Shown here one piece after another: positions 8,694 to 18,454 of a stretch of DNA of 64,000 bases; position 1 is the stretch's first letter, and each line of letters starts with the position of its first letter. This DNA is from Vicinamibacteria bacterium (GTDB taxonomy: Bacteria > Acidobacteriota > Vicinamibacteria > Vicinamibacterales > JAENWD01): positions 5,167 through 69,166 of the forward strand of contig CAVXNR010000006.1 of NCBI GenBank assembly GCA_963763095.1, written 5' to 3'. The position numbers and the translations under genes are program-made. The notes under the pieces are model-generated. The model did no database searches. It had not been told where the DNA came from and was given only the letters and a program-made list of their open reading frames with translations.

Positions 8694-11570
8694 TCACCGG
8701 TCGAGCAACGTACGCCAATCCATGACGGCGACCATCTGCGGCTCCGGACCGACCTTCAGAAGAAAGCGCTGACCGGACTTGTCGACTGCGTACGGTCGGC
8801 TGTCGCCGACCCTGATCTGTGTGGCGAACAACGGTTGAGGCACGCCTTGGGACACGCCGTTCGTCGGGTCAAAGCCAGCGGCCATCATCGTCCCGGCGGG
8901 CGACACGAAGAACAGCTCCTTGCCGTCTCCTCGCCAGCGGGGATACTTCCCGCCATCACGTGAGATCGTTCGCGCGGGGTCCCTGTCCGGGAACGGTCGG
9001 ACGACGATTTCGTAACGGCCCGACGTGTTGGACTGATAGGCGACCCAACGGCCGTCTGGCGAGAAGGCGCCATTGAGTTCGTTCTGTTTCGAGCTCACAA
9101 AGACCCGGCGCGTCCGGTCTCCGGACATGGACAGTGTCCACAGATCCATATCTCCGTTCTTGTTGAGGACGTTGAAGATCAGGACGTCGGCGCGCGACCA
9201 GGAGGCGACCGTGAACCTGTTGGACTCGGACTCTTCAAACTTCGCAAGAGGGACGTCGACCCCACTGCCATCGGAGGCGCGCAGAAACAGACTCTGGCCA
9301 CCCAGTCGGCCTGAGTTGAAGACGATGTAGTTTCCGTCTGGCGACCACGTGGGGTCGTAGTCACCCGCGTGGTCATCCGTCAGAGGCGTCGCTCCTCCCG
9401 TCGCCAGGTCGATCAGCCAGATATCGTTCTGCGCTTCGCCGTCGCGGACAGGTTTGGAAACGGCCAGTTGCTGACCGTCCGGGCTCACATCGAGACTGCC
9501 GCCGGAAAATTCCGCGGCGCCAACGACTCCCACAGGTCGCCCGCTACGGTCCACCCAGGTCAGCTGCGGTTCCGTTTTCGGCGCCCGCAGGAACACGAGT
9601 CGGCCGTTCGTGGAGACCGAGAACCCGCGATTCCCCGGCGTGTCAGTTCTGAGTTGTGCTCGAAGGGGTACGGGATCGCCTTCCAGACGGAGCGTTTCCT
9701 CATTGAAGGACTGCGCCATCACGTTCCCGCCACGCGTGAAGAACACGTGTCCCTCGGCGTAGGAGACGGGTGATTCGAACGTTCCAATTACCACCGTGTC
9801 CGGCGTCGTCAGCGATCCCACCCGCAGCTCGTTTTTCGTCCCAAGACCGCCGACGTACAGGAAACGCTGACCGTCCGAAAGGAACGAGGGCCGCCGATGC
9901 AGGGACGTCGCACGCGTCGTCACCGGCGTCGTGACCGGCGTCGCCATTCCGCCTCGCTTCACATCGATTTGATACAGGTTGCCGTCGCTGGACGGCCCGA
10001 AGACGACGATGTCCTGGCTGTTCCAGGTCCCGGCTGGGGCCATCCCGAGAACTCTCCCAGCCCTCGGGCATGGACACGGCGATGTCAACGGCACGACCGC
10101 TGCGTCCCCGCTCGCCTTCACCGTTTTCAACTGATTGCCCGCAAAGAAACCTATCGACTGGCTGTCCGGGCTCCAGAATGGATTGCGCGCGCCATCCGTG
10201 CCACCAATCGTCCGTACATCGACCGAGGCCAACGATCGTACGCAAAGCGACGACCCGGCTTTCGAATTCGCGATGAACGCGACGTGTCGGCCGTCGGGAG
10301 ACACGTTGAAATCGACTGCCAGGTTCGTGTGGCTCGAGCCCTCGGGAGGGAGAATTGGAAACTCAACGAGCTCGGGCACCGCCGGCGCCGCGCCACGACG
10401 GTTGAGCAGCATCGTTCCCCCCAACGTCAGCGCGAGGGCTGCGGCAACAATCCAGCCGAGGCGCGGCAGTCGAGCGGTCACCAGACTGCGAGCCGACGTC
10501 TTCGGGACCGAAGGCGCGGCGGGTGTCCGAGCGATGTGTGCCAGTGCCCGCTCCAAGTCGGCGGCCGATTGAAAACGCGCGGCAGGCGTCTTTTCAAGCA
10601 GACGCATCACAATGGCGGTGAGGTCGGGCGACACCCCGGCCGCCTGCAAGAGATCGGGTGGGTCATCGTGCAGGATGGCATGGAGCGTGTCGATGGTGTG
10701 CTCGCGCGCGAACGCGCGCTGGCCTGTCGACATCTCGAACAGCATCGATCCCAGCGCGAAGAGATCCGTCCGGCCGTCGACGGCGTCTCCGCGGATCTGT
10801 TCCGGCGCCAGGTAGCCGGCCGTCCCGAGCAGCACGCCCGTCAACGTCGCGAGGCCGTCGGCCACGGCCGGGCCGTCCGTCAGTTTGGCGATCCCGAAAT
10901 CAAGAATCTTGGTCACGCCCGATCGCGTCAGAAAGACATTGTCCGGTTTCAAATCGCGGTGGACCAGGCCGGCCGCATGCGCGACAACAAGACCGGCGGC
11001 CACGTCGCCGGCGATCCGTGTGGCCTCCTCCGCCGCCAGCGGGCCGCGCCCGAGTCGCACACGCAGGGTCTCGCCGTCGAGGAGCTCGGCGACCAGGTAC
11101 GGCCGTCCATCGATGACGCCGACATCGAAGACCTTGACGATGTTCGCGTGGTCGAGCGCGGCGGTGACGCGTGCCTCCTGCAGGAACCGTTCGATGCGCT
11201 GCGTGTCGTCCGTGCCGGCGTGGGCCAGAAGCTTCAGAGCGACGTCCCGTTGCAGGCGCACGTCCGTCGCGCGGTAGACGTCGCCCATGCCCCCGCGCGC
11301 CATCAAGCCGACAATTCGATACGGTCCGACAAGCGTATCGACGTCCAGCAGCGGGTCATCCTGGGCGAGATCGCGGGCCGCGAGCGCGAGCGCAGGCGTT
11401 TCGAGGAAGCCCCGCAGCCCCGCGCTAGCCGACGCCAGCGCGTTCGCTTGCGCGGCTAAGTCCGGATGGCCTTCGACGAATTGACGCCGCAGACTGTCGC
11501 GTTCGTCGGCACCGGCGACGAGCCAGGCATTGTGCCAGTCGGACAGCAGCTGCCATCGGTCGGTGCTCAT
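8694..11570 (-). CDS. Ser/Thr protein kinase with TM segment and C-terminal PD40 (TolB-like) beta-propeller
   Basis: The kinase motifs are GRGGMGDVYRA, HRDLKPDN and DFGIAK. A TM helix follows, then repeated (W/F/V)SPDG motifs. The start is taken at MSTDRWQLL, whose ATG (11570) overlaps the TGA of the upstream sigma gene (ATGA). The ORF track extends it to 11624. Confidence 0.92.
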   Translation of the reverse strand: MSTDRWQLLSDWHNAWLVAGADERDSLRRQFVEGHPDLAAQANALASASAGLRGFLETPALALAARDLAQDDPLLDVDTLVGPYRIVGLMARGGMGDVYRATDVRLQRDVALKLLAHAGTDDTQRIERFLQEARVTAALDHANIVKVFDVGVIDGRPYLVAELLDGETLRVRLGRGPLAAEEATRIAGDVAAGLVVAHAAGLVHRDLKPDNVFLTRSGVTKILDFGIAKLTDGPAVADGLATLTGVLLGTAGYLAPEQIRGDAVDGRTDLFALGSMLFEMSTGQRAFAREHTIDTLHAILHDDPPDLLQAAGVSPDLTAIVMRLLEKTPAARFQSAADLERALAHIARTPAAPSVPKTSARSLVTARLPRLGWIVAAALALTLGGTMLLNRRGAAPAVPELVEFPILPPEGSSHTNLAVDFNVSPDGRHVAFIANSKAGSSLCVRSLASVDVRTIGGTDGARNPFWSPDSQSIGFFAGNQLKTVKASGDAAVVPLTSPCPCPRAGRVLGMAPAGTWNSQDIVVFGPSSDGNLYQIDVKRGGMATPVTTPVTTRATSLHRRPSFLSDGQRFLYVGGLGTKNELRVGSLTTPDTVVIGTFESPVSYAEGHVFFTRGGNVMAQSFNEETLRLEGDPVPLRAQLRTDTPGNRGFSVSTNGRLVFLRAPKTEPQLTWVDRSGRPVGVVGAAEFSGGSLDVSPDGQQLAVSKPVRDGEAQNDIWLIDLATGGATPLTDDHAGDYDPTWSPDGNYIVFNSGRLGGQSLFLRASDGSGVDVPLAKFEESESNRFTVASWSRADVLIFNVLNKNGDMDLWTLSMSGDRTRRVFVSSKQNELNGAFSPDGRWVAYQSNTSGRYEIVVRPFPDRDPARTISRDGGKYPRWRGDGKELFFVSPAGTMMAAGFDPTNGVSQGVPQPLFATQIRVGDSRPYAVDKSGQRFLLKVGPEPQMVAVMDWRTLLDR

Positions 11571-12151
11571 CCGGCATCTCGAGCTGTGAGCTCGTGGCGG
11601 AGCCACGCGCGCGCGGTGTTCCAATCATTGATCACGGTGCGGACCGACACGCCGAGCGCCTCGGCTGTCTCTTCGACGCTGAAACCGCCGAAGAAGCGCA
11701 ACTCAACCACCTGGCTGGGCCTGGGGTCCACCGCCGCGAGGGCCGTCAACGCATCTTCGAGCGCGAGGACGTCCACGAGTGGTTCTGGCGCCGCGACGTC
11801 CAGGCCCTCGAGCGACGCGGCGTCCACGCCGCCGCCACGTTTGACGGCGCGTCGGGCACGCGCGGCGTCCACCAGTACCCGCCGCATCATCCTCGCCGTG
11901 GTCGCGAAGAAGTGGGCCCGGTTCTGCCAACGGACGACGCGCCAGTCGAGGAGCCGAACGTAGGACTCCTGCACGAGGTCTGTCGGCTGCCACCCATCGG
12001 CCTGACGCTCACGCGACAGCATCCGCCTTGCCACGCCGCGAAGTTCGAGGTGCACGAGCGGGGCGAGCTGTTCCAGAGCCTCCGCGTCCCCACGGCTCCA
12101 GGCTTGCAACAAGCCGGTCAGATCCGCGACATCCTTGGTCACTCCCGACAA
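11567..12151 (-). CDS. ECF sigma factor, TIGR02999/ECF43-like (kinase-associated)
   Basis: The N-terminus has LTGLLQAWSRGDAEALEQL and region 2 has QPTDLVQESYVRLL. Region 4 reads VVELRFFGGFSVEETAEALGVSVRTVINDWNTARAWL. The start is uncertain: TTG at 12151 or GTG at 12142. The track's longest ORF, to 12331, would overrun the divergent gene. Confidence 0.85.
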   Translation of the reverse strand: MSGVTKDVADLTGLLQAWSRGDAEALEQLAPLVHLELRGVARRMLSRERQADGWQPTDLVQESYVRLLDWRVVRWQNRAHFFATTARMMRRVLVDAARARRAVKRGGGVDAASLEGLDVAAPEPLVDVLALEDALTALAAVDPRPSQVVELRFFGGFSVEETAEALGVSVRTVINDWNTARAWLRHELTARDAG

Positions 12152-12260
12152 GTCTACCGGGACAAGAGAGGGGTCGCTTGCACTTTCTTCCTTCGGATTC
12201 CGCCTGTGTAGGGCAGCGCACCACTGAGCGATCTGCTCAAGGCGCTTCGAAGGAGGGCAT

Positions 12261-12746
12261 ATGCGACGCATGGGTTGGGCAGTGACAGCCGCCGCCACAG
12301 TGGCGGTGGCGATAGGCGGCGCGCGCGTCATCGGCGCCGATGGTCAAAACGACGAGCGTGGGCGCTCGAAACGGTGCAGCGAGGCCACGGTGCGCGGCGA
12401 CTACGGCATTCAGATTCAAGGCACCAGGCCCGCGCCCGGAGTCCCCGGAGGACCGATCGAGTCGGTCATCGGTATCGTCCTTCGCACCTACGATGGCGAG
12501 GGGAACTTTAGCCAGGTCTCCAACCTGAAGGGCTCGATCGCCGGAGCGAATCCCGATTCGCAGAGTTTCGGCACGTACGAAGTGAACCACGACTGCACGG
12601 GCATCATTCGGTTCCAGGCACCATCCGGTGCTCTGGTCGAAGAGCGGTTGGTGGTCGTCGACAACGGCCGTGAAATCCGAGCGGCGGTCATGGTGCCCAC
12701 GGCGGTGGTGATCACCAGTGTTCACCAACGGATCCACCAGCGCTAA
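12261..12746 (+). CDS. Hypothetical secreted protein
   Basis: A 161-aa ORF with AAGGAGGG 4 nt upstream of the ATG and an N-terminal signal-like AVTAAATVAVAIGGA. It is divergent from the sigma gene, and a 7-bp GC hairpin lies at 12762..12790 downstream. I recognise no family. Confidence 0.7.
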   Translation: MRRMGWAVTAAATVAVAIGGARVIGADGQNDERGRSKRCSEATVRGDYGIQIQGTRPAPGVPGGPIESVIGIVLRTYDGEGNFSQVSNLKGSIAGANPDSQSFGTYEVNHDCTGIIRFQAPSGALVEERLVVVDNGREIRAAVMVPTAVVITSVHQRIHQR

Positions 12747-12958
12747 CCCATCACGTCATGAGCCGGCGCGACATCGATGGTGGAGCGCCGGTCAACGCCA
12801 ATAGGCTCTGGGTCTCGTGCGCTTTCACTGACACAGCCTCGACCCCACACCCTTAAAGAGTAGGTCGAGAAAGCCTAAGCGTCTGCCTGACGGTCACCTC
12901 TCCGTGAGACCGTCCTGGGCGTAAATTGCCACCGCGAATCATCTCAGGGAGTCCAGCC

Positions 12959-13339
12959 ATGTCCGCGCTGCTTCATCGTCGTGAATTTGTCGCCACCGCG
13001 CTCACTCTGCTTGGGGGTGCTGCCGTCACCGTTGGTTGCGGCGGTGGCTCGAGCAGCCCCAGCAGCCCAACCCCGACGCCAACCAGTTCCGGCAATGTTG
13101 CTGGTGCGGTGGCCGATAATCACCCGGATCCACACGTTGCGGTGATTACCGCGGCCCAGCTCGGTGCGGGCGGAGCGCTCACCCTGGACATCTCCAACTC
13201 GCGGCATTCGCACACCGTGACCCTTTCGGGCGCCGAGGTAACTCAAATCGCGGCAAAGTCGCGAGTGTCCGCGACGTCGTCCACCAACCCCCATTCGGGC
13301 GGGAGCGAACCGCACAGCCACATGGTGACATTCAACTAA
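12959..13339 (+). CDS. Small Tat-signal lipoprotein with His-rich motifs
   Basis: It begins MSALLHRREFVATALTLLGGAAVTVGCGGG, which gives a twin-arginine motif plus a lipobox Cys. A Ser/Pro/Thr linker follows, then SRHSHTVTL and EPHSHMVTF. GGGAG lies upstream of the ATG at 12959; the track begins at a TTG at 12926. Confidence 0.7.
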   Translation: MSALLHRREFVATALTLLGGAAVTVGCGGGSSSPSSPTPTPTSSGNVAGAVADNHPDPHVAVITAAQLGAGGALTLDISNSRHSHTVTLSGAEVTQIAAKSRVSATSSTNPHSGGSEPHSHMVTFN

Positions 13340-13749
13340 GCGCTGTCACGCGGCAACACACAGCGCGCCCGAACTGTCGCCAAGCCAGATCTGACGGGAG
13401 CAGCCAAGGGGCCAGGGTCGGATACGTGTGACCACCCAGACACTACTGATGTTTCCTATCGTTCGCTACTCGAAGAAGTCGAGAGCCCGGCGCAAACAAC
13501 TAGACGGCAAATGCGACACTACCAAACTGCGTTCTTCTGCTTCGAAAACTCAGCCCGTGAGTTCGTCGCACAGAGGATCAAACTCAAACCGCGTCGTCGG
13601 TGTGAGCGATTATGCGGGACCGTCCGATTTCCGGCAGCGCATCGGCCCGGCCGCTGGTCGATTCCTCGGCTGTTCACCTGCCGCCACGCGCGGCGGCTCG
13701 TTACAGCGACGTCAGCGCAATAACAATTGTAAATCGTTGAGCGAACTGA

Positions 13750-13840
13750 CTATGCGGCGCTGCGGAACGCTTCGGCCAGTTCGAACCAATGCTCCAAGCG
13801 GTTCCATCTGGGGAAAATCTGGGCCACCAAACCTTCATTC
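13750..13840 (-). repeat. Dispersed repeat family, short copy R2b
   Basis: The core is GGTTCCATCTGGGGAAAATCTGGGCCACCAA. The 28 nt GTTCCATCTGGGGAAAATCTGGGCCACC are identical to R1. The reverse strand reads LVAQIFPRWNRLEHWFELAEAFRSAA*. Confidence 0.75.
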
Positions 13841-13873
13841 CCAGCCTCAATCGGCCGCAAGTAGCTGAACGCG

Positions 13874-13945
13874 TCAGGCACAGCGTTGGGCGTCGAGATC
13901 ACAGCGCCGCAGGCGGTTCCACTTGTTCGTCTGAACCAGCTCCTC
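13874..13945 (-). repeat. Dispersed repeat family, degenerate copy R2a (tandem to R2b)
   Basis: The sequence is GGTTCCACTTGTTCGTCTGAACCAGCTCC, and the reverse strand reads EELVQTNKWNRLRRCDLDAQRCA*. It has the same LV.Q....WN.L pattern but is more diverged. Confidence 0.5.
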
Positions 13946-14104
13946 GCCGAGATTGGCGAGCCGCCCCTCGCCGAGCAGGACTACAGGCCCGCCCTGGCCG
14001 CCTAGACCGGGCGTTGCCCGATGCGCGTGATGACGCCGAGTGGTCGGGCGACGCTACATCATCGGGCGGAGCACGCGCTCACAAAATCGCTCGGATGCCT
14101 GGAC

Positions 14105-16669
14105 CTACTGGCCGTTCCGGGTGAACGTCCAGATCGTGGCGTCCATCCCCTGCTTAAGCGCGAGGATCTGCCCATCACGCGTCCACGCCGCCGACACTAC
14201 CTCGCTGGTCCCGTCGCCCGCCAGCCGGGTGGTGCGCCCCGACTTCAGGTCAATGAGCGCCAACTGGATGAACCAGGAGTCGGCCGCGATCACCGTCGCC
14301 GCCAGCAGGCCGTCGGCGCGGACCCCGCCCATGGACTGGAACCTGGTGCCAGGATTCACGGCGATGGCGCGCTCCGTTCCGTTCTCCGCCGAGACCTCGA
14401 ACAGGCGCACCTGCGTGCCGTCGTTCCTGGCGACGATGAGGGTGCCAGAGGGGTGCACGAGCACCCAGAGACCTGGACAGATGCGGCGCGGCTCTCCTCC
14501 CGCCGTGGCCACTGACCACACCGATCCACTCGCCGTGAAGTACAGCCTCTCGCCATCAGCCGAGGCCGCCATCGTCTGGATGACCCCTTTCTGTGGCGTG
14601 ATTCGACTCAGGATGCGGCCGGTGGCGGTGTCTGCCACGGCAATCGTCTCGCGCGGTTCCGGGCCGACGGCGAACGCAATCCTGTTGCCGGCCACAGCCG
14701 TCATCGGCGCGGCGGACTCCTCCTGGGTCTTCAGGAGCGGCTCTGGGCTCTTGCCCTGTGCCATCACCATCAGGCGCATCCGCCCGGAGACCCACGCGTT
14801 GACGACGTCGCGCCCGTCCGGCAGCGCCACGGCCATCTTCGAGAGGATGGCTCGAGGAAAACGAGCGAGGGTGGTGATCTCGGCACCGCTTGGCGCGAAA
14901 CGAACGACCTCCCCGCGCCGGTCCGCCACGTTCACGTCCACGGCGCCCGTGGCGGCGACGTCCAGGTCCCAAACGTCGCCGGTGACCGTGAACAGATCCT
15001 CCGGCACGCGGGGGCCATCCAGCGGAACGCGCACGATGCGCGTGAGGGCGTTGGCGGGCACGGCGGCGATGGCCGACGCGCCATCGGCGGACAACGCAAC
15101 GGCGCGGATCTCGGGGTTGCCCTCCACCTCGATTGGGTGGGCCGTCCCAGCCGCCACATCGACCTCGATCAGCGACCGTTTCCCGGGCGTGTCGTACATG
15201 CTGCCCAGGGCCACCACCACGCGCCGGCCGTCGGCGGACACGCGGATCCACGGTCGGAAACCCGGGTCGTAGGTCACATCCACGGGCAGCGCCTGCATCC
15301 GCCCGGTGTCCGGCCAGACGCGGGTCAACTGGGTGCGACCTTCGTCGTTGCGGCGCGCGACGAGCAGGGATCCGTCGGGGAGCGCCGCCGGATGCGCCGC
15401 GTTCTCGATCACCAGGCGTTCTTCGCCGCCGAGGAACGGCACGCTGAAGACACCCATGGGCACATCCAGGGTCCGGTTGAAGTAGATGGTGCTGCCATCG
15501 GGTGACCAGCACAGATACTCGACGATTCCCAGGTCGCGGCGACTGGTCAACACGTTCCAGTTGCCGGATTCAGGATCCATCACGCCCACCTGCGTCGTCC
15601 CGTCCACCATCGCCTGGAAGGCCAGGAGCCGGCCATCCGGCGAACGACGCGGGTGCAACGCGACTGCCGGTCCCCCCAGCTGCTCGGCGGACCACGTTGT
15701 GGGGGCTGGCGCGCGCGTGAGTTCCCGGGTGATGACGGCGGTCGCGGCGATGGCGAGCAGGGCCACACCCGCCGCCAGCCACGCGCGGGTGCGCGGCGCC
15801 GGCGGAGCCGGGGACGCCACGGCCGGCGCTGACCCGCTGGTGCTGTCGCCCTGGGCCAGCGCCCGCAAGGCAAAGCCCAGGTCGCGCGCCGACTGAAAGC
15901 GGTGGGCTGGATCCTTCTCGAGGCAGTGCGACACCACCTGCCGCACGCCGGCGGGCACGGTCGACGGCAGGTCGGGAGCGTCCTCCCGCAGGATGGCCTG
16001 CATCGTGTCGACCGCTGTCTCACCTTCGAAGGGCCGCGCGCCCCCGAGCATCTCGTGCAGCACCACGCCGAAGCTGAAGATGTCGCTGCAATGATCGGCA
16101 TCCAGTCCGCGCACCTGCTCCGGCGACATGTAGCCGACCGTGCCCATGACGACGCCGGGACCCGTCAACGGGGCAGGCATTGTCGTGTCGGGATGTCCAG
16201 ATGCCTGCGTCATCCGCGCCAGACCGAAATCGAGGATCTTCGCGCGGCCGTCCCTGGTCAGCAGGATGTTCTCCGGCTTCAGATCGCGGTGCACGACGCC
16301 GGCCGCGTGCGCCGCGGCGAGGCCGCTGGCGATCTGGGCGGCGATGTCGAGCGTCTTCCGCAGGCCGAACCGGGCGCCGCGCAGCGGCTCGCCGTCGACG
16401 AGCTCGCTGACGATGTAGCCCTCGCCGACGTCGTAGACGGCGACGATATTGGGGTGGCTCAGGGCCGCGACGGCACGGGCCTCGATCTCGAACCGTTGAC
16501 GGCGTGACGGATCCGCCGCGACCTCGGCCGGCAGGATCTTCAGCGCGACGTCGCGGTTCAGGCGGGGATCGCGGGCACGATAGACCTCACCCATTCCCCC
16601 GGCGCCGAGCGGGGACACCACCTCGTAGGGTCCGAGGCGTGTGCCGGGAGTGAGCGACGGGAGGGACAC
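14105..16669 (-). CDS. Ser/Thr protein kinase with TM segment and C-terminal beta-propeller-like domain
   Basis: It uses a GTG start. The kinase motifs are GAGGMGEVYRA, HRDLKPEN and DFGLAR. A TM helix (WLAAGVALLAIAATAVI) follows, then SPDG/SADG repeats. No sigma gene is adjacent. Confidence 0.92.
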   Translation of the reverse strand: MSLPSLTPGTRLGPYEVVSPLGAGGMGEVYRARDPRLNRDVALKILPAEVAADPSRRQRFEIEARAVAALSHPNIVAVYDVGEGYIVSELVDGEPLRGARFGLRKTLDIAAQIASGLAAAHAAGVVHRDLKPENILLTRDGRAKILDFGLARMTQASGHPDTTMPAPLTGPGVVMGTVGYMSPEQVRGLDADHCSDIFSFGVVLHEMLGGARPFEGETAVDTMQAILREDAPDLPSTVPAGVRQVVSHCLEKDPAHRFQSARDLGFALRALAQGDSTSGSAPAVASPAPPAPRTRAWLAAGVALLAIAATAVITRELTRAPAPTTWSAEQLGGPAVALHPRRSPDGRLLAFQAMVDGTTQVGVMDPESGNWNVLTSRRDLGIVEYLCWSPDGSTIYFNRTLDVPMGVFSVPFLGGEERLVIENAAHPAALPDGSLLVARRNDEGRTQLTRVWPDTGRMQALPVDVTYDPGFRPWIRVSADGRRVVVALGSMYDTPGKRSLIEVDVAAGTAHPIEVEGNPEIRAVALSADGASAIAAVPANALTRIVRVPLDGPRVPEDLFTVTGDVWDLDVAATGAVDVNVADRRGEVVRFAPSGAEITTLARFPRAILSKMAVALPDGRDVVNAWVSGRMRLMVMAQGKSPEPLLKTQEESAAPMTAVAGNRIAFAVGPEPRETIAVADTATGRILSRITPQKGVIQTMAASADGERLYFTASGSVWSVATAGGEPRRICPGLWVLVHPSGTLIVARNDGTQVRLFEVSAENGTERAIAVNPGTRFQSMGGVRADGLLAATVIAADSWFIQLALIDLKSGRTTRLAGDGTSEVVSAAWTRDGQILALKQGMDATIWTFTRNGQ

Positions 16670-16805
16670 GTCTGCAGGAGTCTACCGTAACCCGTTCGAA
16701 GGGATACTTGGCGGTCGCGAGATCGACGCTCAAGTCGCCAGGAGCGGACCTGCGGCGCGGTGGTCATTCGTCCCCGCCGATCGTTTCGCGTTCTGGTACG
16801 GTCAA

Positions 16806-16890
16806 GTCTCCAAGTCGCAAGTGATCGAGATGCCGCAGGCAGCTCGTCAGCCGGTTCTAACTGACGCTGTTGTGGTCCACCAACCTCATC
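16806..16890 (-). repeat. Dispersed repeat family, short copy R3
   Basis: The core is GGTTCTAACTGACGCTGTTGTGGTCCACCAACCTC. The reverse strand reads RLVDHNSVS*NRLTSCLRHLDHLR, where the conserved Trp codon is TAG. Confidence 0.65.
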
Positions 16891-17066
16891 AATAATCAAC
16901 GCCCACAGACTGAATGGTCAACGGTGTCAACGGCCTCGATTCGAATTGTTGGACACGACGACGTGGCACGGACAGGTCGCCCAACCGTGAATCCCTTCGC
17001 TAACGAGATGTGAACATCCGGCGGAAGCCGGCAGATGCTGAAGGTGCCCGCCCGGTTCCGGACGCG

Positions 17067-17921
17067 CTAACCGAGCGGCGCACCACAGTGATGGCAGAAC
17101 CGCGCCTCGGCAGCGTGAATGACACTCCCGCAGGAGGGGCACTGCCGTGGCCTATCCGGCTCCGACAGTCGGCGGCTCGTCATCTCGGCCGTCACGATGC
17201 CCGTGGGCACGGCGAGGATGCCCCAGCCGAGCAACATCACGACGCTCGCCACCACCCGCCCCAGACTGGTCCGCGGCGCGATGTCGCCGAACCCTACCGT
17301 TGTCATGGTGGTGATCGCCCAGTAGATGGCCACCGGGATGCTCGTGAAGCCATGCTCCGGGCCCTCGACCACGTACATCAGCGTCCCCAGCACCACGACC
17401 ACCAGGGCGACGACCGACAGAAACACGGCGACCTTCCTCCGGCTCGCGTAGAGCGCCTGACCCAGACTGGAATACTCGCGCACGTACTCAGTGAGCTTCA
17501 GGATGCGGAACGCGCGCAGCATCCGGAGGATGCGGATGTCAATGAGGACGTGGAAGCCTGGCGCGAGCATGGCCACATACATCGGCAGCACCGACGCCAG
17601 GTCGACCAGTCCGAAGAAACTGGTCGCGTAGCGGAACGGTCGCTCTACGCACACCAGCCGCGCGATGTACTCCACATTGAAGAGCAGTGTGAATCCCCAC
17701 TCAAGCACCAGGAACAGCTCAGTGTTGCGGTCTGCCAGTGGCTGTACGCTTTCGAGCACGACGACCACGACGCTCGCGGCGATGGCTGCCAGCAGTGCCA
17801 GGTCGAAGCGTCGGCCGGCCGGCGTATCCGACTCGAAGATGATGGCGAACCCACGGCGCCGCCACCCGTGAGCGGGACGGCCGAAGGCGAGGGCTTCCGG
17901 CGAGGAAGACGGCTCTTGCAC
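17067..17921 (-). CDS. Voltage-gated-type (6TM) K+ channel with C-terminal zinc ribbon
   Basis: The S4-like segment is IRILRMLRAFRILKL and the selectivity filter is TTVGFGD. The C-terminus has CPSCG...CHHCG. Confidence 0.9.
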   Translation of the reverse strand: MQEPSSSPEALAFGRPAHGWRRRGFAIIFESDTPAGRRFDLALLAAIAASVVVVVLESVQPLADRNTELFLVLEWGFTLLFNVEYIARLVCVERPFRYATSFFGLVDLASVLPMYVAMLAPGFHVLIDIRILRMLRAFRILKLTEYVREYSSLGQALYASRRKVAVFLSVVALVVVVLGTLMYVVEGPEHGFTSIPVAIYWAITTMTTVGFGDIAPRTSLGRVVASVVMLLGWGILAVPTGIVTAEMTSRRLSEPDRPRQCPSCGSVIHAAEARFCHHCGAPLG

Positions 17922-18310
17922 CCTCCTATATTAGGGTGGTCCTGGCGCCAGTCGTCGATTCAGGTGGCGTTGACGCGCGGCCAGGAAGGTGCGCCTGGGC
18001 AGCGGCGCCGCGATGATGCTGCGGCCGCGGAACCGCTCACGGTCCCCGTCAAGCGCTGATTTCGCGCCAGTCACGTCGGTTCTCGTCGCCCAGGCCGTCA
18101 CGAGTTTCGGGGCTGCCGTAGTCGGCAGTCGCGCCGCTTCGCGCACCTACCTCAGGCGGAACTCACGCGGCCGTGAAACGACTATCGCAGTGATCTGTCA
18201 CAGGAGAAGGCGTGCGATCACCAAGCGCCTGAGAAGAAGCCACCGGCACACAAATGGAGACAAGAATGATCGAATGTCGCTCTCGAGTGCCTGACCGTTG
18301 CGATTCGAAC

Positions 18311-18396
18311 TCAGGCTGCTTGCCTTAGGCGATCGATTTGGTGCAGCCACCTGTTGACTCGGTTCCAACTGGCGCCGTTCTGGTCCACCAACCTCC
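18311..18396 (-). repeat. Dispersed repeat family, short copy R4
   Basis: The core is GGTTCCAACTGGCGCCGTTCTGGTCCACCAACCTCC. The reverse strand reads RLVDQNGASWNRVNRWLHQIDRLRQAA*. Confidence 0.7.
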
Positions 18397-18454
18397 AATC
18401 CTCAGCTCTCCTCCTCTCCCAAGTCGATCACAAACGACACTCTGCCGTCGTTCT

